Sequence record: SRR31156797_1515
Direction: 5' to 3' (one strand)
Length of the DNA: 64,000 nucleotides
Position 1 is the first letter of the stretch; every line of letters begins with the position of its first letter. Shown piece after piece: positions 50,432 to 60,449 of this stretch. The notes beneath the pieces were generated by a model. That model ran no database searches. It saw only the letters and a list, made by a program, of their open reading frames with translations, and was not told the DNA's origin. Position numbers and translations under genes: made by a program.

Positions 50432-50627
50432 AAAAGTTTCTTAACAGGAGCTTAAAAAGACATAGACCATCTAAGAAGTTTCATGCTGCAGCTGGTCAAT
50501 TTTCCACAGGAATGATAGTCTTTAGAAAAGGCAGGACGGGTTATCAGCGATCCAATCTAGGGATGAATGAGTGGATAAACGATCGCGCTACAGCTAACAC
50601 ATAATGATTCATTGACGGAGGTGTCAT

Positions 50628-51668
50628 ATGAAAAAAATAAAATTCTTAATCAAAAGCATTTTTCTCATCGGGCTTCTTTATTTTGTAAGCCAGATGATTA
50701 CATGGCAAGACGGGCGCTTGGCATTTCGGGATGCTCGACTCAACGAGATCACTCAATCTCTCTCGTCCCAATTTTCTCCTTCACAAGACACTTCAGCCAG
50801 GCCAGCGGCAGAAACACCTGTCCAGACATATTTATATAATGAATCACGACAAGTGATCGAAGAAACCTTTGGAGAAGCGATCAATGAATCAGCGAATCGA
50901 TATGGACTGAACTGGACTTCCTATCACGATGATTTTCGTAACTTCATGATGGTGATGTATGATGAACATGATATTGCGCAAGGGATCTATACGAATCAAG
51001 ACACGATTCTTATCGATGACACGCTAGGTATCGGGTCTTCAAAAGCAAGCGTTCGTAATCAGATGGGTACGCGCCAAGAAAGTCTACAACGAGGATCAAG
51101 ACGGTATCGCATCGATTCCGATGCCGACTATGATCTGTTCTTACAAGACGATCAATTGATTACTTTTTTCTATGATGTTCATGCCGAAGATACAGTGACT
51201 GCGATTCAAATCATCAATCGCTCGCTAGAAACACGCCATGCGAATGATTTTCGCCAAAATCAAGCCGCCATTTTAAGCGGCTTACGAACACAGTTATTTG
51301 AATTAACGAATGCCACCCGAGTGAAATTTGGTTTGTCGCCCCTTGGATTCAGTGAAGCAACCAGTGAGACTGCCGTCAAGCATAGCCAAGATATGGCAGA
51401 ACATCGATACTTTGACCATATTGGGTTAGATGGATCGACTCCATTTGATCGGATGCAAGAAGACGGAATCAGCTTCACTGCTGCAGGGGAGAATTTGGCA
51501 TTTGGCCAAGCCAGCAGTATTTACGCCCATCAAGGTTTAATGAATTCAGAGGGACATCGGGCAACGATTCTAAACGATGAGTATCAATTTCTCGGGATCG
51601 GTATTGCGATCGATACCAGCGAACAGCCATATTATACAACGTTGTATCACCGAGGATCAGCGTCGTGA
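50628..51668 (+). CDS. CAP (SCP-like) domain protein with N-terminal CAP-associated region
   Basis: N-terminal hydrophobic anchor; LTNATR, HSQDMA, YFDH, GENLA, MNSEGHR. Confidence 0.88.
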   Translation: MKKIKFLIKSIFLIGLLYFVSQMITWQDGRLAFRDARLNEITQSLSSQFSPSQDTSARPAAETPVQTYLYNESRQVIEETFGEAINESANRYGLNWTSYHDDFRNFMMVMYDEHDIAQGIYTNQDTILIDDTLGIGSSKASVRNQMGTRQESLQRGSRRYRIDSDADYDLFLQDDQLITFFYDVHAEDTVTAIQIINRSLETRHANDFRQNQAAILSGLRTQLFELTNATRVKFGLSPLGFSEATSETAVKHSQDMAEHRYFDHIGLDGSTPFDRMQEDGISFTAAGENLAFGQASSIYAHQGLMNSEGHRATILNDEYQFLGIGIAIDTSEQPYYTTLYHRGSAS

Positions 51669-51698
51669 ATTCCTGAATTGCTTGAAACTGATTAGTTA

Positions 51699-51757
51699 AA
51701 AAACACTGCTCATTTGAGATTGCTGCGTTAGCAGCATCAAGTGAGTAGTGTTTTTTT
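51699..51757. terminator. Bidirectional terminator
   Basis: AAAAACACTGCTCA/TGAGTAGTGTTTTT. Confidence 0.75.
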
Positions 51758-51786
51758 GTCGATAAAATGGTGTGCAGCAGTATTGT

Positions 51787-52812
51787 TTAGTTTTGACGGT
51801 AGGCATGAGGAGAGCACTGATACTTCTTTTGAAACAGCTTATAGAAGAATGAGACATTTTTATAGCCGACTTGGTGTGCGATTTGTTCCACAGGTAGGGG
51901 AGAGTTTCTCAACAATAAACTGGCTTGATTGAGTTTTAATTCTTGAAGGATCGTCACAAAGGAACGACCAAGTTGCTGACTGATACGGCGACTCAAATAG
52001 CTCGGGTTGTAGCCAAATACCTCCGCAACCGAAGCTAGTGTGCAAGTAGCGAAATGTTTCTCCAGATAGTCCAACACTTCTCCGAGGTACAGTTGGTCAC
52101 TTTTTTGCGACTCGATCCGTTGTTTTTCTTGGAAGTTACGAACGAGTTCGGAAAAAATAATGATCATATAGGAATGGATGACCTCATGAGAACCGAAGGA
52201 GGGATTGAAGAACTGGGCCAAGACCCCGAAAATCGCATCAATCAAATAGTCGTTGTTACTCGTTTCAAACACTAGGTATTGATTGTGCTTTTGACTTTCA
52301 GATAACGCATTGATGGCAAAGTCGGCGATCATGCTATTGGATGCCAACCGACTGAGCATCTGGGTAGAAAAATACTCTTTGCTGATCAAAAAGTTAATAA
52401 CAATGTCGTCTTGATTTGTTTCGATAATTTGGTGGATCACCCCAGTATCTAGTAAGCAAAAGTCACCTGCCTTTAGGATCACTTTTTTCTCATTGATCAT
52501 GATCGTGACTGTTCCAGAAAAAACATAATTCATTTCGATAAAATCATGCTGATGTAGCGGCGTAGAAGAAAAGCGTGCATGTTTTAAAATCAAAAGCTGG
52601 CTTGTCTTAAGAAATCCGCTATCTTGCGGCCGTTTTCGTATGAGACGAGAAAGGTGTTTTTCGAATGTATATTGGTAAATTGGCTCATTTTTCTCAGTGT
52701 AGACTTTCTTGAAATCCTCATAATTGTATGGAAGGGATTGCGTCTTTTTAAGGGCTATTTCTTCGGTAGTCGTCAATTGTTGTAACTGCTGCAGAATGTT
52801 CTGTTTATCCAT
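51787..52812 (-). CDS. AraC family regulator with cupin domain
   Basis: LHQHDFIEMNYV cupin and C-terminal double HTH (IAHQVGY...FYKLF); ATG 52812 after AAGGAG. Confidence 0.9.
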   Translation of the reverse strand: MDKQNILQQLQQLTTTEEIALKKTQSLPYNYEDFKKVYTEKNEPIYQYTFEKHLSRLIRKRPQDSGFLKTSQLLILKHARFSSTPLHQHDFIEMNYVFSGTVTIMINEKKVILKAGDFCLLDTGVIHQIIETNQDDIVINFLISKEYFSTQMLSRLASNSMIADFAINALSESQKHNQYLVFETSNNDYLIDAIFGVLAQFFNPSFGSHEVIHSYMIIIFSELVRNFQEKQRIESQKSDQLYLGEVLDYLEKHFATCTLASVAEVFGYNPSYLSRRISQQLGRSFVTILQELKLNQASLLLRNSPLPVEQIAHQVGYKNVSFFYKLFQKKYQCSPHAYRQN

Positions 52813-52862
52813 CGCTTTCTCCTTAGGTAAAAAATAGTCAATGAAATAGTAGAGTATCGTCA

Positions 52863-52911
52863 TTGAAGACAGGTAGAGATAGTATATAATACTTGTATGA
52901 TAGCGTTATCA
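52863..52911 (+). promoter_or_regulatory. Promoter and cre site of the PTS-IIC/GH78 operon
   Basis: TTGAAG-N16-TATAAT (52885-52890), then TGATAGCGTTATCA (52898-52911), an exact match to TGWNANCGNTNWCA. Confidence 0.8.
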
Positions 52912-52979
52912 ATTATCATAATCCGGATGATAATAATAGTCAATAGTACCAGCAAATTCGAAAGAAATGGGGAATCACC

Positions 52980-54269
52980 ATGAACCACGACAAACCATCA
53001 TTAGGGGATAAGATCCAAAGTACCCTTGGTCCATTTGCAAGTAAAGTTAATGGGAATATTTATATTACTTCAGTTAGGGATGCAATGTTAGCTTACATGC
53101 CATTCACCTTTATTGCGTCGATCTTTTTAATTATTGCTTTTTTTCCGATCCAACAAGTGACCGATTTTATTACTATGGTGTTGCGAACAGAAGATGCTAG
53201 TGTCTGGCAAGAGAAATTGCTCTATGTCAACAATGCCACACTCGCAATCGGTGGTTTGCTAGTTGTCATTTCCCTCGCAAAATCACTCGCAGAAAAACTT
53301 GAAACAAACGTTTTGCAATGTGTCTTAACTGCTTTTGTTTCCTTTTTACTATTAACACCGTTGGATGCAATGGAAGCAGGGACTTTTTTAGATATCACCC
53401 GCGTTAGCGCGCAATCGATGTTTTTAGCGATTATTGTCGGTATTTTTAGTACAGTTCTTTATAAAAAAATTGAGGGTAAAGGAATCAAAATCAAAATGCC
53501 AGCAGCGGTACCACCAGCTGTTTCTGGTCCATTCGAATCGGTGATTCCATCTTTTCTTGTCATCACGACGATTTGGGTCATCCGACTCATCATCGAAGCC
53601 TTATTTAACAGTGATGCCATGACGTTGATCAATGGGACCCTTGGGATTCCATTAACTATGTTAGGTGGCTCCCTAGTTGGAATGGTCGTTGTGAAAATTT
53701 TCGAGCAATTCCTATGGTTTTTTGGCCTTCATGGAACCTCGATCATTCAAGCAGTGATGGACCCAATCCATCAAGTCCTTGAAGACCAAAATCGTGTGGC
53801 ATCAGTGGCGGGAGAGATTCCAACGAATATTATCAGTATGAGTTTTCGGAATCATTTTGCTTCGATTGGCGTCGTTGGTGCGATCATTGCTATTTTGATC
53901 GTAGCAAAAAGTAAACAGTACAAAGAGGTTGGAAAAATTGCTAGTGTTCCTTATATTTTCAATATCGGTGAACCAGCGTTGTTCGGGATACCGTTGATGC
54001 TGAATTTCAGTTTTATCATTCCTTTTGTTTTTGCAAATGCCGTCACAACGATCGTCGCTTACTTTGCTTTTTATTTCGGGCTAGTCCCGATCCCAACTGG
54101 GCTTGCGCAAATTCCGTGGACGACTCCGCCGATCATTAGCGGCTATTTTGTCACTGGTAGTATCATGGGCGCATTGTTACAAATCGTCTTGATCGTGATC
54201 GCAACGATGATTTGGTTGCCATTTATCAAAGTTGCTGATAAGCAGATCTGTGTTGAAGAAGCACAATAA
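52980..54269 (+). CDS. PTS EIIC component, lactose/cellobiose family
   Basis: LWFFGLHG, FNIGEPALFGIP, PWTTPPIISG. Confidence 0.92.
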   Translation: MNHDKPSLGDKIQSTLGPFASKVNGNIYITSVRDAMLAYMPFTFIASIFLIIAFFPIQQVTDFITMVLRTEDASVWQEKLLYVNNATLAIGGLLVVISLAKSLAEKLETNVLQCVLTAFVSFLLLTPLDAMEAGTFLDITRVSAQSMFLAIIVGIFSTVLYKKIEGKGIKIKMPAAVPPAVSGPFESVIPSFLVITTIWVIRLIIEALFNSDAMTLINGTLGIPLTMLGGSLVGMVVVKIFEQFLWFFGLHGTSIIQAVMDPIHQVLEDQNRVASVAGEIPTNIISMSFRNHFASIGVVGAIIAILIVAKSKQYKEVGKIASVPYIFNIGEPALFGIPLMLNFSFIIPFVFANAVTTIVAYFAFYFGLVPIPTGLAQIPWTTPPIISGYFVTGSIMGALLQIVLIVIATMIWLPFIKVADKQICVEEAQ

Positions 54270-54288
54270 CCCACGAAAGGAGCAGCTT

Positions 54289-56883
54289 ATGAAAGAAACG
54301 ATAACCATCAACGGAATGACAAAGCCATTAACAGTGGATTTAAATGATCCGATCCTTATTGAATGGTCGATGACCAATCACCAAGGCTACCGATTGCAAA
54401 TTTTCAATGAACAGCAGCAAGCAGTGTATGACGTTTCCAACATAGCCGCTTCTGAGAATAAAATGGCGGTCCACTTGCCACAGCATCCGCAGCGAAAAAA
54501 ATATCAAGTCAAATTGACCGCCGGAGCAGGAAACGATGTCACCAGTTACTGTAGTGTGTTTTTCACGATAGCAAAGCGTGAGAAACCTAAAGAAACCATG
54601 GGCAAGTGGATCACTCGCTTAGATGATCCCATTAAAAAAGAACGATTTTACTTTTCAGAAGAGAAAAATAGCTGCTTGTCTCGCTCTTTCACACTGGAAA
54701 AGTGTCCTTCCTATGCAGTGATTGATTGCTGCGGGCTTGGTTTTTATCGCTTGTCAGTTAATGGAAAAACGGTATCAGATGTTCATTTAAACAGTGATGT
54801 AACGAACTATGATCGAGTCGTCTACTATGATACTTATGAGTTAACTGATTTTTTACAGAAGGGAGACAATCGGATCGAAGTTGAACTTGCGAATGGCTGG
54901 TACAACCCTGCTCCGATTGAGATTTTAGGTCGGTATAACATTCGCAAACAACTAGCGATCGGCAAACCCTGTTTCTGGGGGGAGCTTCAGTTAAATGATG
55001 GAGGAGAGAATCGCTACATTTACTCAGACAATCAGTGGCAAAGCAGTTTTGGGCCTTATTTGCAAAACAATCTTTATATAGGAGAAATCGTTACCGATGT
55101 ACCTGATCCTCGTCCAGAAGGAAAAACGGTACAAATTGCTGGACCCGCGGGACGTTTTAAGCCAAGCTTTATTCCAAAAATCAAGCGCACACAATCGATC
55201 GTTCCCCAAAAAATGACCGAAACTGCAGCGGGACTGCTCATTGACTTCGGTCAAATCATCAGCGGTCAATTTGCTTGTACTCTTGAGGAAGATTTCATTG
55301 GTCAGATCAGAATCAGCTATGCAGAAACATTAGACGAGCAAGGCAACCCTGATTATACGTCTACGATCAGTGGAACTTATGGCGTCTACGATCCCTATGA
55401 AGGGAAGCAGCCAGATGATCCTATCGTTCAACGAGACATCATTGAGAAAACGGCAGCGAAGACGTTCGTTTTTGAAAACCGCTACACGTATCATTCCTTT
55501 CGCTATGCGTTGATCGAGACGAAACCTGCTGACAACCTTCAATCGATTGTAGGAGCAATCAAAGCCTATCGCTTGCATACGGATGTGAAATCGTTGGTGA
55601 CACTTGAAACCTCCGATCCTTTCTTGGATCAGTTATGGGCGGTTGGACAAGCCACGCGGTTGAACAACATCCACTCGTATTTTGAGGACTGCACTCGTGA
55701 GCGCTTTGGTTATGGTGGGGACATCGTTGCGTTACTACCAACGCAGATGGCAGATCTGGCGATTGAGCCGTTGTTGGAAAAAGTGTTGTGGGATTTTGCC
55801 TACGACCAACGACCGGATGGTGCAATGACTGCAACTGCGCCATTTGTAGGAATCATGACAAATGGTCCATCAAATGGTGGTGGTGCGTTAGGGTGGCAAT
55901 TGGTAGTTTCAGAGCTTGCTTTGGCCTTGGTGAAGACCTATGGAAAACAAGCAGCGGTTGCCAAGCTGCGTCCACAGTTGGAAAGGCATCTCAACTATTT
56001 ACTCGCTTTTGATTTTGATTATATCGCCCAGTGCTGTCTCGGCGATTGGGGAGCAATTGATGAAACTCAGCAAAACGGGGTTATTACTTCGCCAGATCAG
56101 TCCTTTTGCTCTGCCTGCATGTATCTGCTTTTACTACAGCGTTACCAAGAATTGATCGACTTGAGGATCATTGGTAAAGAGGACTATTGTCAGCGAGTGA
56201 CAGCAGCGATCCAGTACACGACACTGCAAATCAAACAGAAGTTTTCTAAAGAAAATGAGCAATACGGTGCGGGCACCTTGTCTAGCATGATCTTTGCAAT
56301 GAAGACAGGACTCAGTGAGAAAAAACGAATATTGCCAAAACTAGTACAACGGATCAAGCAGCAAGAGGGTATTTTCTCTTTCGGCATCTTCGGGATGGCA
56401 TGGAGTTATCAGTTACTGGCTGAAGCTGGCTATAATGATATTATTTTTGATTGGTTAACGAGGAAATCTGCGCCTAGTTATGCAGCAATGCTGGCAAGCG
56501 GAAACGGCACTTTGATGGAACATTTTCCAACGCCGCAACATTCAGCCACTTACGAGGGTTCGTTGAATCATGCCATGTTTGCTTCTTATGGGTATTGGTT
56601 TGTCCGTCATTTATTAGGCATTCAGATGACAAGCGCTGGGATACTGATACAACCAGCCTTCGATGTACCTATAGCCCATGTCAAAGGCTCCTTACAAAGT
56701 ACGTTTGGATTAGTAGCTTTAAGCTGGGAAAAGACTGATCGTACCGTTCGCTTAACGGTGGAGTTGCCACGAACATGTGGCTATGAAATCAGTCAGATGA
56801 AAGGTTTTAGAATAGTCAGTGAGAAAATAGAAGATGAGGGGGGGCGAAAAAAAGTTTCCTGCCTATATACGATTACTACTTAG
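54289..56883 (+). CDS. Glycoside hydrolase family 78 (alpha-L-rhamnosidase-like)
   Basis: DFGQ, YHSFRY, EDCTRERFGYGGD, GDW, TLME, SLNHAMF; ATG 54289 after AAAGGAG. Confidence 0.85.
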   Translation: MKETITINGMTKPLTVDLNDPILIEWSMTNHQGYRLQIFNEQQQAVYDVSNIAASENKMAVHLPQHPQRKKYQVKLTAGAGNDVTSYCSVFFTIAKREKPKETMGKWITRLDDPIKKERFYFSEEKNSCLSRSFTLEKCPSYAVIDCCGLGFYRLSVNGKTVSDVHLNSDVTNYDRVVYYDTYELTDFLQKGDNRIEVELANGWYNPAPIEILGRYNIRKQLAIGKPCFWGELQLNDGGENRYIYSDNQWQSSFGPYLQNNLYIGEIVTDVPDPRPEGKTVQIAGPAGRFKPSFIPKIKRTQSIVPQKMTETAAGLLIDFGQIISGQFACTLEEDFIGQIRISYAETLDEQGNPDYTSTISGTYGVYDPYEGKQPDDPIVQRDIIEKTAAKTFVFENRYTYHSFRYALIETKPADNLQSIVGAIKAYRLHTDVKSLVTLETSDPFLDQLWAVGQATRLNNIHSYFEDCTRERFGYGGDIVALLPTQMADLAIEPLLEKVLWDFAYDQRPDGAMTATAPFVGIMTNGPSNGGGALGWQLVVSELALALVKTYGKQAAVAKLRPQLERHLNYLLAFDFDYIAQCCLGDWGAIDETQQNGVITSPDQSFCSACMYLLLLQRYQELIDLRIIGKEDYCQRVTAAIQYTTLQIKQKFSKENEQYGAGTLSSMIFAMKTGLSEKKRILPKLVQRIKQQEGIFSFGIFGMAWSYQLLAEAGYNDIIFDWLTRKSAPSYAAMLASGNGTLMEHFPTPQHSATYEGSLNHAMFASYGYWFVRHLLGIQMTSAGILIQPAFDVPIAHVKGSLQSTFGLVALSWEKTDRTVRLTVELPRTCGYEISQMKGFRIVSEKIEDEGGRKKVSCLYTITT

Positions 56884-56889
56884 CTAGTG

Positions 56890-56924
56890 AAAAAGTCGAC
56901 ACGTGGAAAGTGTTGACTTTTTTT
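56890..56924 (+). terminator. Intrinsic terminator
   Basis: AAAAAGTCGACAC/GTGTTGACTTTTT. Confidence 0.8.
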
Positions 56925-56961
56925 CTGTCGTTTACTATCTTTTGCGTATTTCATCTATGAG

Positions 56962-57612
56962 GTGGTGAAAATGGATCGATGGAAGCTGTTCAAAGACTAT
57001 TGGCGATTTGCAGTTGGTGGTGCTGTTTTGATGGTGTTGCTGATCATCTGGTTTGTACCGTTCTCGCAAAAAAAAGAAACAAACTGGCATTCAATGGCAG
57101 ATGCAGCAGGTCAATCGTCTGAAATGGGGGAAGGTGGAGCCCTTCAAGAAGATAGTCTTCACGATGAAGAGTATGAGATCGTTATAGATGTCAAAGGGGA
57201 AGTGCACCAACCGGGAATTTATCGCTTGAAATCAGGTGCGCGGATGTATGAATTGATCGAACAAGCAGGTGGTCTGACAGAAGAGGCGTTAGAAACAGCC
57301 ATAAACTTAGCACAAGTGCTGCAAGATCAACAGATGGTGATCGTCCCTCATAAAGAGGATCAAGCGTTTATGGAGATGAATGCTTCAGGAGTAGGTGGCA
57401 GCCAAACAGCAGTGACACAAATCAATCTGAATCAAGCCAATGCGCAGCAACTGCAAGAACTGCCAGGTGTGGGTGCCAAAAAAGCAGAAGCAATCATCGC
57501 TTACCGAGAAGAATATGGCTTTTTTAAACAGATTGATGACCTAAAAAAGATCACAGGCATCGGAGAGAAGACCTTTGAGTCCTTGAAAGAGATGATTACA
57601 GTGGCGGACTGA
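56962..57612 (+). CDS. comEA: Competence DNA receptor ComEA
   Basis: TM, SLBB domain (DVKGEVHQPGIY) and HhH repeats (LPGVGAKKA, ITGIGEKT). Confidence 0.92.
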   Translation: MVKMDRWKLFKDYWRFAVGGAVLMVLLIIWFVPFSQKKETNWHSMADAAGQSSEMGEGGALQEDSLHDEEYEIVIDVKGEVHQPGIYRLKSGARMYELIEQAGGLTEEALETAINLAQVLQDQQMVIVPHKEDQAFMEMNASGVGGSQTAVTQINLNQANAQQLQELPGVGAKKAEAIIAYREEYGFFKQIDDLKKITGIGEKTFESLKEMITVAD

Positions 57613-57705
57613 ACCAAATAAATGTAAGAAATACTAAGAAATGACGGTTGAAAATTCAAGAAATTCGATTAGAATAGAACTAATCAATGACAAAGGAGCA
57701 AACGA

Positions 57706-58203
57706 ATGAGCAATACGAGAATTCCATGGGACCAGTATTTTATGGCACAAGCTGTATTACTGTCTTTACGCAGTACGTGTTCCCGACTTGAAGTCGGCGC
57801 TACATTAGTCAAAGATCGCCGAATCATCGCTGGAGGCTACAACGGGTCCGTCAGTGGCGATGTACACTGCATTGACGATGGCTGTTATGTTGTCGATGAC
57901 CATTGTATTCGGACGATTCATGCAGAAATGAATGCCTTATTGCAATGTGCAAAATTAGGGGTGTCAACAGACAATGCGGAAATCTATGTGACGCATTTTC
58001 CCTGTCTTCCCTGTACGAAAGCAATTTTGCAAGCAGGGGTCAAAAAGATCCATTATTTGAATGACTATCGCAACAATCAGTATGCAATGGAACTGATTCA
58101 ACAAGTAGGTGCTTCCGTCCACCAAGTTGAACTCGATCCGGTGTATTTTGAAAAACTTTCGTTTGGTGTGCTGAATGATGCACAACCAACAAAAAAGAAC
58201 TGA
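57706..58203 (+). CDS. comEB: ComEB, dCMP deaminase family
   Basis: HAEMNA and PCLPC zinc motifs; position in the comE operon. Confidence 0.93.
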   Translation: MSNTRIPWDQYFMAQAVLLSLRSTCSRLEVGATLVKDRRIIAGGYNGSVSGDVHCIDDGCYVVDDHCIRTIHAEMNALLQCAKLGVSTDNAEIYVTHFPCLPCTKAILQAGVKKIHYLNDYRNNQYAMELIQQVGASVHQVELDPVYFEKLSFGVLNDAQPTKKN

Positions 58204-60418
58204 TTCATTTTTATTTCTTAGTATTATTTTTGCTTGTTCGGTGACTGCTTACTATCGGCAGTCCATCTTACTGGGACTCATTGCACTTTATTATTTCGGG
58301 ATGCTTGTCTTAAAACGACAAGCATTTTTGTGCATGATTTGTTTTGTCGGACTGTTGCTGTTAAGTGTCCGCGTTTCTCTTTCTCGGACTGGGAACATAC
58401 AAGAAGGTGAGTATCAAGGGGTAGTCAATGTGCTGCCAGACACGATCAAAATCAATGGCGATCTACTTACATTTGAAGCAAAATCCTCTGCAGGTAAAGT
58501 GATTGGCCGTTACACAATTTCTTCAGAGACTGAAAAACAGCAATGGCAGGATCGATCCGATTGGGGGAGAAAGCTGCTGGTGAAAGGATTTTTTTCTCTT
58601 CCTGAAAAACCACGAAACCGCCATGGATTTGACTATTCTGCCTATCTGGCTAGTCGATCAATTATTGGCACAGTCCATATCGAGCAAATGGTAGGTATGG
58701 AAGAAGCAGATGCAGGCTTTTCACTTGCAAAAGTTCGAGCAGAGGTTATTTCTTCTGTTCAACGAATCTTTCCTGAACGCTCAGCTGCCTATATCAATGC
58801 ATTGCTCTTTGGTTTTAAAGACCATAGCTTTCAAGAAGTACGTCAAATGTATCATGCTAGTGGCTTATTGCATTTCTTTACGATCTCAGGAATGCATGTC
58901 GTCTTATTTTTCAAATGGTTTCGCGGATGCTTCTGCCGATTGGGGTTTACGCAAAAAGAGATGCTGTTGCCAATGGGGGTCTTTTTCTTAGCCGTAATTG
59001 GTCTTTGTGGCGGCGGCACTAGTGTCTGGCGTGCTGTCTTGGCATTATCGGTTACTCAAGTAACAACTCTTTATCAACAACGGCTATCGGCAAGTGATCA
59101 TTATGGGATCGTCTTAACGACTCTTTTATTCGTTGATCCCAAAGTATTGCTTCAAACATCGGGGCAACTAAGTCTTTTGATGACCTTCCTGATAGTAATG
59201 CAGCAACCGATCAAATTGACGTGGTTTTGGCGTAGTCAGTTCCTCACGGTGCTGGCTGCGCCTGTCATTGCCTCGCTCTTTTATGAATTCCCATTATTTG
59301 GGGGCTTTTTGACGTTTGTCTTTTTACCATTTTTTCAAATGGTTTTGCTGCCAGCCTGTTTCTTAATGTTCGTTACTGGGACTCTTTTTCCAACCATCAG
59401 TGGGCTGATTGCACTTTTTGAAGGGCTTTTGCTGCTTATGGAAGTTGTCGTGGGCGCTGTAGGAGGCGTATCGATAACGGTGGGTGTCGTTCCTGCAGGA
59501 TTGGCTGGCAGTTGTTGTTTGTTCAGCATGCTCTTTTACCAAAAGAAAAGGTGGCTGCTGGTGATCTGTTTTTCGCTTGTTGTACCAATCGTCTTTCAGC
59601 AGAATCGCGTTTTATCCACCATTAGTTATGTCGATGTTGGTCAAGGCGATAGTATCGTTTTGCAGGCAGAAAAAAATCGCGAAGTTTATGTGATCGATAC
59701 TGGAGGTTCTCTGTCTTTTCCGAAAGAAAACTGGCAAGAGCGCAAACGACAAGCTGCTGGGGAATCTACATTGATTCCTTTTTTGAAAGGGGAGGGAGTC
59801 AGGAAGATCACCGGTTTGTTTCTAACTCATGGCGACACGGACCATATGGGAGATGCGCTAGCATTGATGAAGGCGATCCCCGTTGAAACGTTATATCTCG
59901 TACCAGGAAGTGAACAAGATCACCGCATCGCCAAGCTTTTAAACGAACTGCCTAAGCAGACAAGCGTTGTTTGGACGACGGTTGGCCAAGTAGTGGGTGA
60001 TTTCCTTCAGTTGCAAGTATTGGCACCAGAATCAGGTGCAGGACAAAACGAAGATTCGCTGGTGATTAAAACCAAGGTAGGGGATAAAACATTTTTATTT
60101 ACTGGCGATCTCGAACAAGCAGGGGAAAAAAAGTTGATTCATGATTATCCGAATCTTAAAGTTGATGTATTGAAACTAGGGCATCATGGCAGTCGAACCT
60201 CGACGGCACCTGAGTTTGTTGCGGCAATCGATCCCCAATTCGGGATCGTTTCAAGTGGACGGAACAATCGGTACGGGCATCCTCATGAAGAGGTGCTTGA
60301 AACGTTGGTAAATCAGACCGTTTTGCGAACCGATCAGCAAGGCATGATCCAATTTATTTGGTCTGAAAAACAACAATCATTTTTGATAAAAACGCTGCTA
60401 GACTATCCGATTGACTAA
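58175..60418 (+). CDS. comEC: DNA uptake channel ComEC
   Basis: HFFTISGMH competence domain, DVGQGD, THGDTDH, GHHGS metallo-beta-lactamase domain. Confidence 0.93.
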   Translation: MMHNQQKRTDSFLFLSIIFACSVTAYYRQSILLGLIALYYFGMLVLKRQAFLCMICFVGLLLLSVRVSLSRTGNIQEGEYQGVVNVLPDTIKINGDLLTFEAKSSAGKVIGRYTISSETEKQQWQDRSDWGRKLLVKGFFSLPEKPRNRHGFDYSAYLASRSIIGTVHIEQMVGMEEADAGFSLAKVRAEVISSVQRIFPERSAAYINALLFGFKDHSFQEVRQMYHASGLLHFFTISGMHVVLFFKWFRGCFCRLGFTQKEMLLPMGVFFLAVIGLCGGGTSVWRAVLALSVTQVTTLYQQRLSASDHYGIVLTTLLFVDPKVLLQTSGQLSLLMTFLIVMQQPIKLTWFWRSQFLTVLAAPVIASLFYEFPLFGGFLTFVFLPFFQMVLLPACFLMFVTGTLFPTISGLIALFEGLLLLMEVVVGAVGGVSITVGVVPAGLAGSCCLFSMLFYQKKRWLLVICFSLVVPIVFQQNRVLSTISYVDVGQGDSIVLQAEKNREVYVIDTGGSLSFPKENWQERKRQAAGESTLIPFLKGEGVRKITGLFLTHGDTDHMGDALALMKAIPVETLYLVPGSEQDHRIAKLLNELPKQTSVVWTTVGQVVGDFLQLQVLAPESGAGQNEDSLVIKTKVGDKTFLFTGDLEQAGEKKLIHDYPNLKVDVLKLGHHGSRTSTAPEFVAAIDPQFGIVSSGRNNRYGHPHEEVLETLVNQTVLRTDQQGMIQFIWSEKQQSFLIKTLLDYPID

Positions 60419-60449
60419 TGGTAGGATAAGAATGAAAGCGGGGGGAACG

